64,000 nt of DNA, from positions 62,001 to 126,000 of the forward strand of contig JAHLTZ010000035.1 of the NCBI GenBank assembly GCA_025786725.1. The letters are read 5' to 3'. Shown here piece after piece: positions 40,401-53,845 of the stretch; the first letter of the stretch is position 1, and every line of letters begins with the position of its first letter. A program made the position numbers and the translations under genes. The notes beneath the pieces were generated by a model. The model saw nothing but the letters and a program-made list of their open reading frames with translations. It ran no database searches and was not told where the DNA came from. This stretch comes from Syncephalis fuscata S228. Its lineage: Eukaryota > Fungi > Zoopagomycota.

Positions 40401-43142
40401 AATATTACCACGCAGCACTGTTACCTCTTCTTCATAGTCATCACCACGATCTTGAGCATCCTGTAATGCCGCTTCCATTCGATGAATACGTGCACGTAAC
40501 ATATCTCGATCACTTCGAACAGTGTATAGTTCACGACGCAGTTCAGCCACGAGTGCATGGGCTGCCTGAGTAAGACCAGATGAATCGACCACCCTTCCAA
40601 CGATCCTCCTCCAGATGGGCCAGTCAATCCCATTACTTCTTCTTGACTAGCTTCACTATTACGATCACGATCCTCTAATTCATGGGCCATTTCATGGGCC
40701 AATTTATTAAATGTCATATGATTATCCGACTGAGAGGCTGTTGCATGATGACGTGTAATCTTCTTTTGTCTTAGTCCTTCAATACGACGTCGATATGTTT
40801 CAAGTGATTTTAATGGCGATGTTGTATTTTGATCAGGTAATGTACTGGTTGTTGTAGGTGGTGGTGGTGGCGTTGATGTCTTTTCAATAATATTAATATT
40901 GGTTTGTGATGTTTGTGGACTATGATGACGCGATGATTCAACTGTACTAGTAGCAGATTTATGTGCTCGTTGTTGTTGTGTTGTTGTTGTGCTCGTACAA
41001 ATGTACTAATACCTTTTCGTTTAGCAGTACGAGAAGATGAAGAGACTGCTGCTACAGCATTTTCTGCTTGTCTTCGATGAACAACAGCTAATCTTCTACC
41101 AACATACGCTTTTCATTCTCTAATTTCTTCATTTGGGCCTGTACTTGTTCTACCGTCTTTTCAGCTTCTAAACGTGTCTCTTGTGCTTGTTGTGCTTGTT
41201 GTTCTGCATTAATCTTTTCTTCGTATAATATTTGAATCCTTAATCGCCATTCTGGATCTAATTCAAGCACTGTATCATCTGCTTTATCCAAATCAATATT
41301 ACTTGCTGCAGAAATACGTTCTTCAAGTAAGACCTTTTCTTCACGTAATATCTATTATTATTGTTATTGATATTACTAATAATTTATATTAAATATGTAA
41401 TTACTTACTTTAATTTCACGTTCTAATGTTTCCCTATTCTTATCCATTTCATTGTGAGCTGCTTCTTTATCGGCAATTTCTGCTTTAAGTCGTTCACGTT
41501 CTTCAGACCAGTTACCACGTTGTTTTTCAAGTTCGTGTAGCTCTTCTTCAATCTCACTACGTTCACGATTCCAACGATTACGTTCTTCTTCTAGACCAAC
41601 AACAGCAATCTCCAGTTCTGTGCATCGAATATCCAATTCGGCTCGACGTTCATCCAAATCATCATACTGATCGCGTGTTACCATTATGGCTGAATCGCTT
41701 GGACTAATAATGGATCGTGGCTTTTCTGTATTCAATGGCAATTTATCTTTAGCAGTAGTAGCGGTAGCAGTAGCAGCAGTAGTAGCAGTGGAAGGTCCTG
41801 TTGGTACATTAGATGTTGTATTAATCGCCACTTTATCTTGTAGTTCTTTTAATTCATGCTGTACTACTAAAAGTTGTGCATTTCGTTCTTCTAATTGCTT
41901 TTGTGTATCAGCAATAACTAGCTCTAATTCTCGTCGACCCGTTTCACCACTAAGTTGTCGTTTTAAAAATACAATTTCTTGTTGAGAACTGCTTAAATCT
42001 GTTTCTAATTCAGTAATAAAACTATCAATGTCACTCATAGTCCGTTGATGGCGTGGGCTTAGAGCAAATAAAGGTTTTGAATTATTAGTAGCTAGTTGCA
42101 ACTGTTCCTGTTCTTGACGGGCCTCCGATAATTGGCGTTCCAAATCAATACGAATTGGTGAAGTTAGTGATGAAGATGGACGACTCAGCTTCTCTTCTAG
42201 CGTTTGAATCTCTTGACCAACCTGTTCCAATGCTACTTCTTCTCTAGTACGTACACCAAGAACAGCCTGTAAATCTTCATCCAATTCTTCTTCCTCCTCC
42301 TCGTCAACAAGCTGTGATCCAGATTCATTTGCGCCTAATCTTGATAGTATTTCTTTTAGTTCTGGATGTTCTGTACGAAGTTGTTCAATTTCATCTATTA
42401 ATCGATCCCGTTCAGCCCAGAATCCTTCAGACCATTCGCGTACTTTATCCGTTTCATTCTGACTTTCACGTAAATCTTCGCGACATTTAGTCAGTTCTTC
42501 CGTCATATCTTGAAGCGTATCAGTTAATGTTTGCATATCAGCAGTTAGTCGTTCTACTGTGTTATTCCGTTCATGTTTGACACGATCAAGTTCAGCACGT
42601 GTTTTATCTAGCTCGGTATCTGACTGGTTAAGCATAAGTTTTAAATCACCTACACGCCGTAACGTTTCCGATAATTCATGCGATAAGTGCGGTGACGTTG
42701 GTGAATGAGCATGATTGCCTACAGATGGATCGCCATTAATAGCCATTTTATTGGTGGCATTTGACTGAATAAGCCGTTTTTGCATCAAATCAGACTCTTC
42801 TTTAACTGCTGTTAAATCCGATAATGCTTGGTGCAAAGCCCGTCGTAAATCTTCAGGAGAGGCTAGTGCAAAATTAAATCCTGCCAAGTCAACCTGACCG
42901 GTTTTACGGGAAATAAATGAACGCACAGGTGAGGCAGTAGTGGGTCGTTCCTGAATTACACCGGCTATAGGTGGCCATTTGGCAGTGGCAAACATACCTT
43001 CAAGTGTATTCATTTGTTGCATTCCTAGTGGCATACTAATGGGACGCTCATGCCGTAGATTGCGCAAGGCCGGGCCTTGACGCGCAGCGGTTGCCTGCTC
43101 ATTCTCGGCTTCATTATTGTTTTGATGATTGTCAGTTGCCAT
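37435..43142 (-). CDS. Large coiled-coil protein with C-terminal PACT domain (pericentrin/Pcp1-like), several apparent frameshifts
   Basis: Long heptad-rich exons. Near the C-terminus: RYLQAKCQREIAFRMDFQFQKQYLLLIIGG and RFKAAVYAVIAIVRL (PACT-like), followed by a Q/P-rich tail. Confidence 0.8.
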
Positions 43143-43873
43143 GACAGTCCGACAAAATTAAATATACCGTAGAGACGTGAAATATAGAAGGGATGTTAAT
43201 GCCAAGACGCGTCGATGCTATTATACTAGAGTGGAGAAGACTCGGGAAGATGATGTAGGTCGTAGCAAGTATTCGACCTACTCTGCTCATCTACACGTAT
43301 ACAAAACTACTACCCGGTTATTGTTGCTGGTGTTTGCGATTCAGTAAATAACAAACGATTTAATAGGAATGCAGACAAATTAAAGTGGGGGCTGTTTTCG
43401 GTGTTAGTCGGTATATTTGTATAGAGCCGCATAGGATAAACGAAAAGGGAAACAATTGCAAGTATCGAGTGGCAATTAGGTGTGTTGATGTGTGAAAGTG
43501 CTCGCTTTATTATGTATAGGCCAGCGCTCCTTTTTTGAAACATAGTGTAAGCATAAGGTGATTGCTAAGGGCCATTATGATAGATTCATGAAATATAATA
43601 ATAATGATCAAAATAAACAATTTAGTTACATGGTTGCTGTTGATCTGTTGTAGTTGAGGATATTTGCTATACATAAAACAATTATAGAGTTAGTATGGAC
43701 ATTGATATTTAAAAGTTTAGCGATATTAATGATAATAGAGATATAATAAAGTGTTTATAGCTATAGATCAATAGATAATTTATATTAATATGCAAGTTTA
43801 GTTAAAAATACTTTATTGTTTAGTTAGTATTTTAGAGTTATAAAGTAGTAAAGAGAATCAATAAATCTAGAAT

Positions 43874-44852
43874 TAAGGTTGGTAATTAGGAGGCACTCCC
43901 TGAGTACCTTCAGCTTGGTATTGAGGTAATGGATTGCTTGTTGATCCTGTTCCATCTCTTTCTTTAGTACAAGACTAAAAGCTATGTGCTTATCTGTCTG
44001 CCACTAAAGATTCATTATATGGAATCTCATTGGCTGCAGTGTGCAGTCTTTTAAGGTTTGTCAGCAATACATGTTTGTCATTATTAACACAAACATCTAC
44101 TACTGATTAGTACAATTATAATTAAATAAAAAACTATACTTGCCCGGTATACCTCCAGCATAATATAGATCCAGAGCTCTTAAATAGTTGATTTTTATTT
44201 TAAATTAAACAAATGCCATTGAATGTTGTAAAATTACTTACCTTTAGATATTTGTAAGCTAATGTCCACTTAGTTTCTTAGCTTTATTGAACATAATGGA
44301 GCACAGGGAACCGTCATAACTATTGTCACACTGATCCCAAGTAACATGGCAATGCAAGTCTTGTTTTTTGGCAATGGTATAAACCAGTGGTGTGTTAACA
44401 AATTGTTCATTTGCAGCATTGGATTATTTCTAGCAGGTTTGTAATCTACCAAATACTATTATTGATGGTATTAGTTAGTTGTATATGAATATAATTAAGA
44501 TTTACCTTGTAAATGGAAAGTAATCAATTTTGCTTAATTTGCTGTTCATTAGCCCATGTAACCATGGCATTTTTCCTTTGTATTTTGCTTCAACATAATG
44601 GATGTTATTCTTTGGAGAAAGAGCCTTCTTACTTATAACATCATTATTTACAAATGGACTATTTTTGTCAGCTTAATAGCCAATGAACGAGACACCTTAA
44701 TTATAACATTAGTATAAATTAAATATATATAAAGTTAACTGTGCACCTTTGTCAGAAAAAAGTTTTGGTAATGCATTGGTATTCTAGATAGTTGATATTA
44801 GAATTAAAGCAGCAGCAACCGAAATGATTGAAGATTTGGATCCAAACAACAT
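43874..44852 (-). pseudogene. Decayed secreted kinase-like gene
   Basis: MLFGSKSSIISVAAALILISTI*NTNALP (signal peptide with stop). Short introns. INYLRALDLYY...DVCVNNDKHVLLTNLKRL resembles the alphaE/catalytic/DFG region of the other loci. Several in-frame TAA/TAG. Confidence 0.55.
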
Positions 44853-46108
44853 CGTAATTTCTATTGTAACATTATAATTCATTATGCTATATTATTACTG
44901 TTATACTCAGTATACAGCTAATATAAAAATCCATCTATCTTATTAGACAAATAAAAGGTATTTTACTACCAACCACTATTTGTTTTATTATTCTTAAAAC
45001 AGCACTATCATATTTAAACATAGAGACTTTGACTGTGCATTGCTTACATTATGCAGTTTGTATAAAATATTGCATGCTTGATTAGCCATGCTTTAGTCTT
45101 CGTATTGTTCTTAATAATCAAGTTAAAAACAATAACACATAGATATGCCGAAACTGCCGTTTATTTCACAATATCTCGTACGAGATTTGTTACACTGCGA
45201 CATAATGGTTGTCAAAAGTATTTACGACACCATTCTACAAGGCACGGCATAGCGATAACAATTCATTCGATCTAAAGTTAACAATCAATCATCCATACAG
45301 CCGATATTTTCTACACGTTACTTTGTAGTCATGCATTGCGGCTTATGTAAATCGGCATGCGGTAGAATACAAATACCATGCCTTGTGCACCTTTGAAACC
45401 TATAGACAGGTCATAAGGCCATAATTAGCCTATCCAGTGTTTTGAAAAGAAAATAAAACATTATGGCCTACTATTAGTTTGTAGTGCTATAACAATTTGC
45501 TCAAATGTATTTTATAACCATAATCGATTTTAGATTAGTACTATTGAATATACAACAAAGTTAGCATCATGCCTAACATGTAAAGAATGAATTGCCTTTA
45601 ATTGGTACCAATAATTCATTGAAAGCTAACAGAGCGTAAATAATGGCATCTCAATCAAAATTGATTATCTTTAAATTATTAGAGCTTATCGGAGCAAGCA
45701 AATGCCGATAAGTACCGCTTTTTCTTTCTAAACTGGTCAGGTAATTTACACAATTGTCTAAACAAGGAAATGAAGAAATAAGGATTTAGAATGTGCGTCA
45801 TTTATAGGGTGTTATTGTTTCCTGGTTATGATTGAAACGATCCAAACACGAAATGGTGGTAAATAATTTCATAGGCCTTTTATTCTTCGGATTAACATAT
45901 AATTTATCCGTCACCATTTCTACATGACATTAGAACATGTAGCGTATCTGTATGGTAGCAAAATTTATCCGTATGTACACTATGCGTTCTGAGTAGCATA
46001 AATACTCCTCCAAAAATTGTTTCTTTTGCCACTTACTATTCAACATATCATTACAACACTTTAGTCTAACTACAGTTGCATCTATATCTTTTCAAGCTCA
46101 AACCAGCT

Positions 46109-48054
46109 ATGGGTATCGGTCAAGAATCAAACATGAAACAGCCTGTGGTCATTGTCGGTGCAGGATCGGTGGGATTAATGGCTGCTCTTGTTCTAACGGA
46201 AATTGGCGTTCCTGTCGAAATCTATGGTTGGTTGCAAAGATTGGAAGCAATATTAAGCTAACATATATACATAAATTAATAGAACGCAATCATGAAAAAA
46301 CGACAGAATGGCGTGCAGCCGGTTTACACCCACGCGTCCTTGAGATATTTGCTCGTTATGGACTAGTGGAACAGCTACTGGCAGTCGGGCATCCATTGGA
46401 CAGATTTCATTACATCCATAATGGAAAGATCTTAGACGGCACGTCTGTTGATTGCATTCGTTGCGAATATCCTATGGCACTGGGATGTGGTCAAGACTGC
46501 ACGGAATCTCTACTTCACAAAAGACTAGCCGAATTAGGAATTCACGTAAAATGGGGATGGGAGTACATTTCACACGAATCAATCGACGATAATAAGCAAA
46601 TCAGTATCCAATTTAAGAGAGTCGATTCGGATCAAGTTATAACGCGCCAGACACCTTATATGGTTGGATGTGACGGTGCACACAGCAAAATACGCAAAGC
46701 TATAGGTGCCCAGTTTATCGGACAATCTCCTGGAAGTCGCGTAGCGGTTTTTGACGCCGAAGTTGATGTGGATTGGTTACCAGTAGCGTGGTAAGTGTGC
46801 CAACTATGTGTTGTACTATTGCTGATTTATTCTAGGTCCGTTACTAATCCAACTGGATTTATGGGAGGCATTCAGGTAAACGGTAACAGAAAATACCGCG
46901 TGTATGCAAGCTGGGACTCTACTTTACCTGACCCAACGAAAGATGAGTTAGTTGGGGCGGTTAAGCGCTGTTTCCTTCCATTAGACTTTGGCAATCCGCG
47001 CATATTGTCGCTCTCAATGTTCAACATAAATGAGCGCCGTGCTTCGCGACTTGTATCTGACGATGTCCGTGTGTTTATTTGTGGCGACGCTGCACACGTA
47101 CACAGTCCTGCAGGTGGACAGGGAATGAACATGGGCCTACAAGATGCCGAAAACATTGCATGGAAAATAGGCATGGTCTATCACGGATATGCCAAATCCG
47201 ATTTATTGAAGTCATACGAAACAGAACGAATTCCTGTCTTCGATGATGTTATTAAGCTGGCAGGAAGCATGACAAGAATTTTTAGACATCAATGGAAAGT
47301 GGCTGTTTTTCGACACTCTCTGCCGCTAATACGACGATTGCCTCTTTTTATTATACGACCGCGGATGGAGACAAATTCCCAACTTCGCGTCAAATACCCG
47401 CTAACTAATCATGGCGGCGTATTTGCTGATACTCCAGCATGGTCCAAGGCTGCTTCATCGTGGAATTTGTTTAATTGGTTCCCGTTTAGCTTGTTTTCAG
47501 ATCCTATCTGTGTGCCAGGCTCGCGTGCCATTGATTGTCAGGTCATCGATCCAGCCAACTGCACCAATACGCGTACTCGCCACTTTTATGCACAAAATAA
47601 TGGATCATACAAAGCCATCATATTTATTGATAATCGCAAGACTGCTGCTGATAATAGCACAGTAGAAACAAACGCATGTCAACTGCCACTAGACACTATG
47701 AGTCAGCTAAAAGACGTAATGACAACATTCAAGGCATACAAATCGGCGGTATTACCTATATTTGTGATTTATGGTACACAAAGCAGCAACAATACAGTTG
47801 AATTATCTGCACAAACAACATCGTTGGTAGCACAATTAAACAAAAAATTCAATGATGTGCCAGTGTTTATCGACATAAATCAAGGCAAACAATACGACAA
47901 CATGACAATGGCAGACATGTATCAATGCACACGTTTAAACGAGCACGCTGTATATCTTATTCGACCAGACACTTATATTGCGGCGCGTATGTTACTGCAT
48001 GAAGCAGCGGCAACAGCTGGTAGTCACTTGGATGCAATTGGTATGCAGAAATAA
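46109..48054 (+). CDS. FAD-dependent monooxygenase (aromatic-ring hydroxylase, FAD_binding_3), 2 introns
   Basis: VVIVGAGSVG, VGCDGAHS, VFICGDAAHVHSPAGGQGMNMGLQDAENIAWK, LLKSYETER, LIRPDTYIA. Confidence 0.93.
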
Positions 48055-48134
48055 GCACTAGATTTATCAAGTATCTATATCAATAAAAGCTGAATATTTT
48101 ATATTATACATCATTAATACAGCATATCACTTTA

Positions 48135-49455
48135 TGCAATAGGTTTTAAAGTTATAGCAAACAAATATTTATTTGTTATATTTCTATAATGCACTATATT
48201 TACGTTGTTTAAAATACTGATATAATGTTATTTTACAAATTTAAACATAAAATATCGCGTTAAAACCATAATAGTATCCAGCAGTATTAAAATCACTATT
48301 TTGATATAATTGGATGCTAAAAGACTATGGAATGTAAGTTAAAAACAATAGCGAGCATTTAAATAATAAAACATTGCTATAATTATTTATAATTTACGTA
48401 TAATCAAGTAAATTGTATGACATTTTGCATAAGCATGCACATAGCATATAGGTAGCTATTGGCAAAGTATACCGTAGTTATATTGCATGATAGTGCAATG
48501 GTAATGACAATACACTAAACGTACAAAAATAGCATTTTTTACCAATCATAACTTACATAACTAAAATACAGCAAAATGATTATTAAATTCGAATTCTCCA
48601 TGCTTAGCTAAACAGCTTAGTATGATTTATAAAACAATAATTTTTGCAACAAAACTGGTTAAAAATGCCTTTTATATGCCTTTGGTCAATAAAATGATTT
48701 GATTTTATATTTAAAACTTTAGTATTAAAAGAAAATTGGTCCAAAATAACTTCAAAACATTTTATAATACTATCGCAATTACAATAACAAGCCAATATGC
48801 AGAAATATCGATGTACGATGGTAATCTATGCTATTTGTATGCACATATCTTAGATATTTGTTAACTAATATTTACGTAAATTGCATTTTTGATCAGCTTT
48901 GTTGCAAAAATTATTGTTCTATAATTTATATCAATTTGCATAACTAAACATGAAGAACTCGAATCCAGCAATGATTTTGCTGTATTTTAAATATATAAGT
49001 CATGAATGGTAAAAAACTATTATTTTGTACATCATTAGCGTATTATTGCAATCACTACACCAGTATGCAATACAATACCAGTATACTTTGTCAATAGCTA
49101 CCTATATGTCACATGCATATTTGTGTAAAGTATCATACAATTTAATTGATTATATGTATAGATATGCATAATATTTCTATTGCTTTTTAATTCAAATGCC
49201 ATTGTCTTTTGCCACTAATTACATTAAAACCATTTTTAATATTGTTGGATAATTTGATAGCATTAACACGATAACCTTATGCTTGAATTTGTAATTTAGC
49301 AGTTTATTGACATTCAAAGTATCCTATATCAAAATAGCGTTTTTTTGTTGTATTATGATTGATGGCAAGGATGCGTGTAGCCAAAATAGCTATAGTTAAT
49401 ACTGTTTGTCATAAGTAAATAATAGTTTGTTACAATTTTGGGTTTAAAATCTATG
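48135..49455. repeat. Large degenerate inverted repeat (arms about 48135-48670 and 48883-49455)
   Basis: 48446-48472 is the reverse complement of 49081-49107 (26/27). 48633-48653 is the reverse complement of 48898-48918 (21/21). Colinear weaker matches extend outward. Confidence 0.85.
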
Positions 49456-49537
49456 AGCTAAATAGTCAAGTAATGTCTTATCCTGATGTTACTATATCAT
49501 GTTGGTTTTTAATGCATGCTAAGATAAATGTTAGCAC

Positions 49538-52190
49538 TTATAATACAATGTGTTGATTGGTTATATTAATTTGCTAATCAGCTTATTCTCTATTAGTCGT
49601 TATTATCACAGTTTAGCTATAATGAACTGAGTAGGTTGCATGACACTAGTAGAAATAAAACGAAACTTGGAACTAGTAACAGATTTTATCAAGCAAATAA
49701 AGCTATCGTTTTATAGTAATCATAGCTAACAATAGAGTCTGAATAATCTGTAGCATTTTGCTATTAAAGCGGCCTATCAACTCATGTATGTGCTCTTGAC
49801 AAATTATCCAATACCATGATGTATTTCTTAACCACTTTACTGTAGCACTATAGCCATAGTATTGGAATGTTAAAAATCAATGGTATTTTAATATGGTCGC
49901 ATCATCATCGACTTGAACCATTGCGAATCAAATGCTCAAACTGCTACTATATCTTTTTTTGTCTATTTATGCTGGACATGCTTAATATGTGGCTTTAAAA
50001 ACGCTTCTTTTCTTTATTATGTTCATGTATTTATTAATATATTTAATTATATGCTACAATCTATGTAAACAGCGCACCGTTCGTAATCCAGTTTCTAGCA
50101 ATGATCGAATAAATTCTGTAACTTTTGATATTGGCGTTTGAAGAATGGAGACTACACAAAATGGCATTGCTATGACGGGCTACATCCTTTATCATGCCGC
50201 TCAACATATTTATAGACATAAAAATGCTACTTTAAAACATCTGAAATTTCAGGAACTGTATTGAGATGCGGAGATTAGTTGTTTACAGTTTATTCCATGT
50301 GCTCGTTTCACGTTTTCCATACAAAAATATATTCCATATTTGTCCAATCTTATAGTAAATACATCGGCTATTGCATGATATATTTTGCTATAAATGTCTG
50401 CATTTTCAGCATATTTATTTGTGTAATCATCACATCATACTTTTTCCTCACGTACTAGCCTCATAGAAAGTACAGCCTTTTATTCGACGATGAACCTTGA
50501 CATAGCTATGTTTACGATGAAGTCTATTCTTGCTATCACCACTACTGCATTCATGCTAGTATCGGTTACTCAGGTCACACCTGCTAATGGCATGCCAGGT
50601 TTATTCAGTTCCGAGCCCGAACCCATCAGCAAGTATCTACTCCAGTTTATCTGTATTATTTACTAACATTACTATTCATGTAGAATTTATGGATTTTACA
50701 GAAGATGATTTAAACAACCTATTTATCACGCATAGTATAAAGCTCAGCGGACAAGAATCTGATATTAACGGTGTACGCTATATTGACGGAACACAACGTA
50801 ATGATCCCATTCAACTTGCATGTTCATCAAGTCCAAATACAAATACAAAAATTACGCCATGCAATTATACGGGGCAAGTGTTATATAGCAATGACATGCA
50901 AACACTGACAAATATAGCCAATCACAGGATTTATGGGGCTCAATTTTAACACATAATATTGACTATAAATATGAAATTGTGTTGCCTAAAGAGCGACTTA
51001 CATTACCTAGAGGCAATACATGTTATGTTTTACCCCGAATTAAATGTACAGCAACATACAAAATTGATTCTCAAATCACTAAGGGTATGTAGATTCTAAT
51101 GGCTATTGCCTTACATTATACGAATCATTCTAAATTTTCAATTAGTCTCTTAGTGGATGACATAAGATATTGAGTCAATATGTGGAGAAGAATTGGAGAA
51201 GGTAAAGGCTTGAACTGTATATACATTGTAAACTAAACTATGATTAGGACTAGAGATCCTAAAAAAGCGGGATGGTATGCCCACAGGGACATTGAGAGTA
51301 AGTAAAGTAGACTGCTGTTTACTGGTGTTTGTATTAAATATGTCATTAGACATTTGCATCGTTAAACAGGAAAGGGCTATAATTTATACTTTGTCAACTT
51401 TGATCGTGCTATCCCAGTAGGCAAAAATATTATTAATGTTGAAGACACAAATCAAGTTATTTTGCGTCAAGTTTTCTATACACTCAAGGACTATTTACGA
51501 GTCGGGTTTATAAATGCGTTTAAAGATCGCTATAATTCGAATATAGCATGGAGATACAATTGGCGTGCAATGCGTGCAGAGGAAGCAATTTCGCAATTGC
51601 AGGCTTTGGGCGGGCACCGTGACCTTCTACATCCACTTGACAATCTGCTATTAACTAAAGATGATAAATAACGAGTTTTACAAATAATCAATATTTACTT
51701 AAATAAAACAACGATATTTATGACTCAATTGATGCAGCTGTGCACTATTACTTGATATTGCCTATTTGTTTATTGAATAATAACATTGCATGACCATTGT
51801 AAAATGTAGTTTAGCATGATTGAAGTAGCAAACAATCAGTAACTATAAACCAAGCTGGTCAACAATTTGGTACATATATTGTGTATTTCAATCTACCTGG
51901 TTTTTTCTATTATGTTCTGGCTGATGAATATTGTTTGATAATAAACTGCTTCTATTATAATTTATTATTATGATGTAGTTATAGTAAACTGAATAGCATG
52001 TATAACAGTAAGTAGAAACAAGATAAAATTAGAAGCTAGCAGTTGATATTGATATTGAATAAAGCTATCATTAATAGTAAACATAACTAATAATATAACT
52101 TGAGTGTCTTGTAGTATTTCATCATTAACACAACATGTTAGTTCATATAACTGTTCATATACTCACAACTAACAAGTAATTATCATTATA
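49538..52190 (+). repeat. About 2.7-kb segmental duplication, copy B
   Basis: Near-identical to 18754-21410. Confidence 0.97.
50508..51671 (+). pseudogene. Secreted pseudokinase-like gene, copy B, with nonsense CGA>TGA at 51171
   Basis: Same exon structure as copy A with an intact signal peptide. TAT TGA GTC here versus TAT CGA GTC in copy A, plus 1-bp deletions. Confidence 0.6.
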
Positions 52191-52651
52191 TTTTTTAATG
52201 GTTTTTATTATTAATAATCAGTATTGGTATACGATGCATGTAATATTATTTTCTGTTTAATATGACATTAACAAAGTTTGTTTAATTGTATTAGCATAAC
52301 AATATATTTATAGTATTAAAAGAATAACAATTTTATTTGATAGCGGCACTTAAATGATAGTGCCAAACATAAAAATATATGCGCTTGTATATCTTAATAA
52401 TTATAATGCTGAATTTATAATTTACTATACTCTAGTTTATAGTATTGATAACAAATAAACATAGTGCGTGGAAACAAAACAGCTTAGTAAAAACAAATCT
52501 ATAGTTTAAACTGTTTTAAATGCGGTCCTGTCATTTTACTTTATCGTTAAGCAATCACTTATTACGTAGGTCACTCTACTCTGCTTTAACCTTTAAATAA
52601 CCGTGTGCTATTAATAGGACGATCAGTCGGCTACAGCCGGTTACTACTACT

Positions 52652-53769
52652 ATGAGCGCGATTGACAAAACAACAACACCTGAAGCTGCTACAGAAGCAA
52701 GAAACAATGAATTACTAAACAATTTAACCATAGTACAGCGCAATATTAAAGAGCATGTAGAAAGTGCCAAATTTGAAAGTAAAGTAAGTAGAACGCATGT
52801 ATGATGACTGCACTAGTAACAATATCGTGTAGGTTCGCTTAGTAGCTGTGAGTAAAACAAAGCCAATGAGCGACATTAAGGCACTTTACACAGCTGGACA
52901 ACGTCACTTTGGAGAAAACTATGTAAATATTTTATATAACAATATAGTTATCAAGTTGCTAATAGTAAACGCGTTTAGGTACAAGAGCTTGTAGATAAAA
53001 GCAAAGAGGTTAGTATATAGCAGTGATTTATATTGTTTATTTACGTACAATGCTAGTTACCATCCGACATATGTTGGCATTTCATCGGTGGACTGCAAAG
53101 CAACAAGTGCAAACAGCTAGCAGGTAGGAAACCGTCAAACTAAATGATAAATTTAATAAATAGCATTGCTTGTAGATATTCCGAATCTATGGATGGTCGA
53201 AACGTTAGATAGCCAGAAACGGGCCGAATTACTAAATCGAGCCTGTATAACTGCTCAACGTGCTGAACCACTACGAGTAATGGTTCAAGTAAATACAAGC
53301 GATGAAGAAAGTAGGTCTGATTATTTGGATTGTTAAAGCAATTATTTATATTTATTGTATTTAGGTAAAAATGGAGTAGCACCCAAGGAAGTTGGTTCAT
53401 TGTGTTATTTCATCCACGAATACTGCCCAGCTCTATTTCTATCAGGTTTAATGACCATCGGTGCACCTGGTCGGGAATTAGCCGATGGGCAAGTTAATCC
53501 GGATTTTGAAGTAAGTATCTACACGCTTCTACCACTAATAGATAGATGGATAAATAAATATATTAATGATAAAATAGAGCTTAAAGCAGTGTCGCGATGA
53601 AGTGAGCAATTTATTAAAACGTACAGATCTCGAGTTAAGTATGGGCATGTCCGATGACTATGCTGAAGCCATCGATGCCGGTTCAACCAACGTACGTGTT
53701 GGTAGCAGTATTTTCGGATCTCGATTCTATCCTGCTAAAAATACCACTGCTACTACATCAACCTCTTAA
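52652..53769 (+). CDS. PLPBP: Pyridoxal-phosphate homeostasis protein (PLPBP/PROSC/YggS)
   Basis: [62 protein letters not shown]. Confidence 0.95.
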
Positions 53770-53845
53770 AATAAACAATTAACATTATTGAAATGGACAA
53801 TGATAATACATTTATTAAAGTTTATTACTATAATTACTATTAAAG

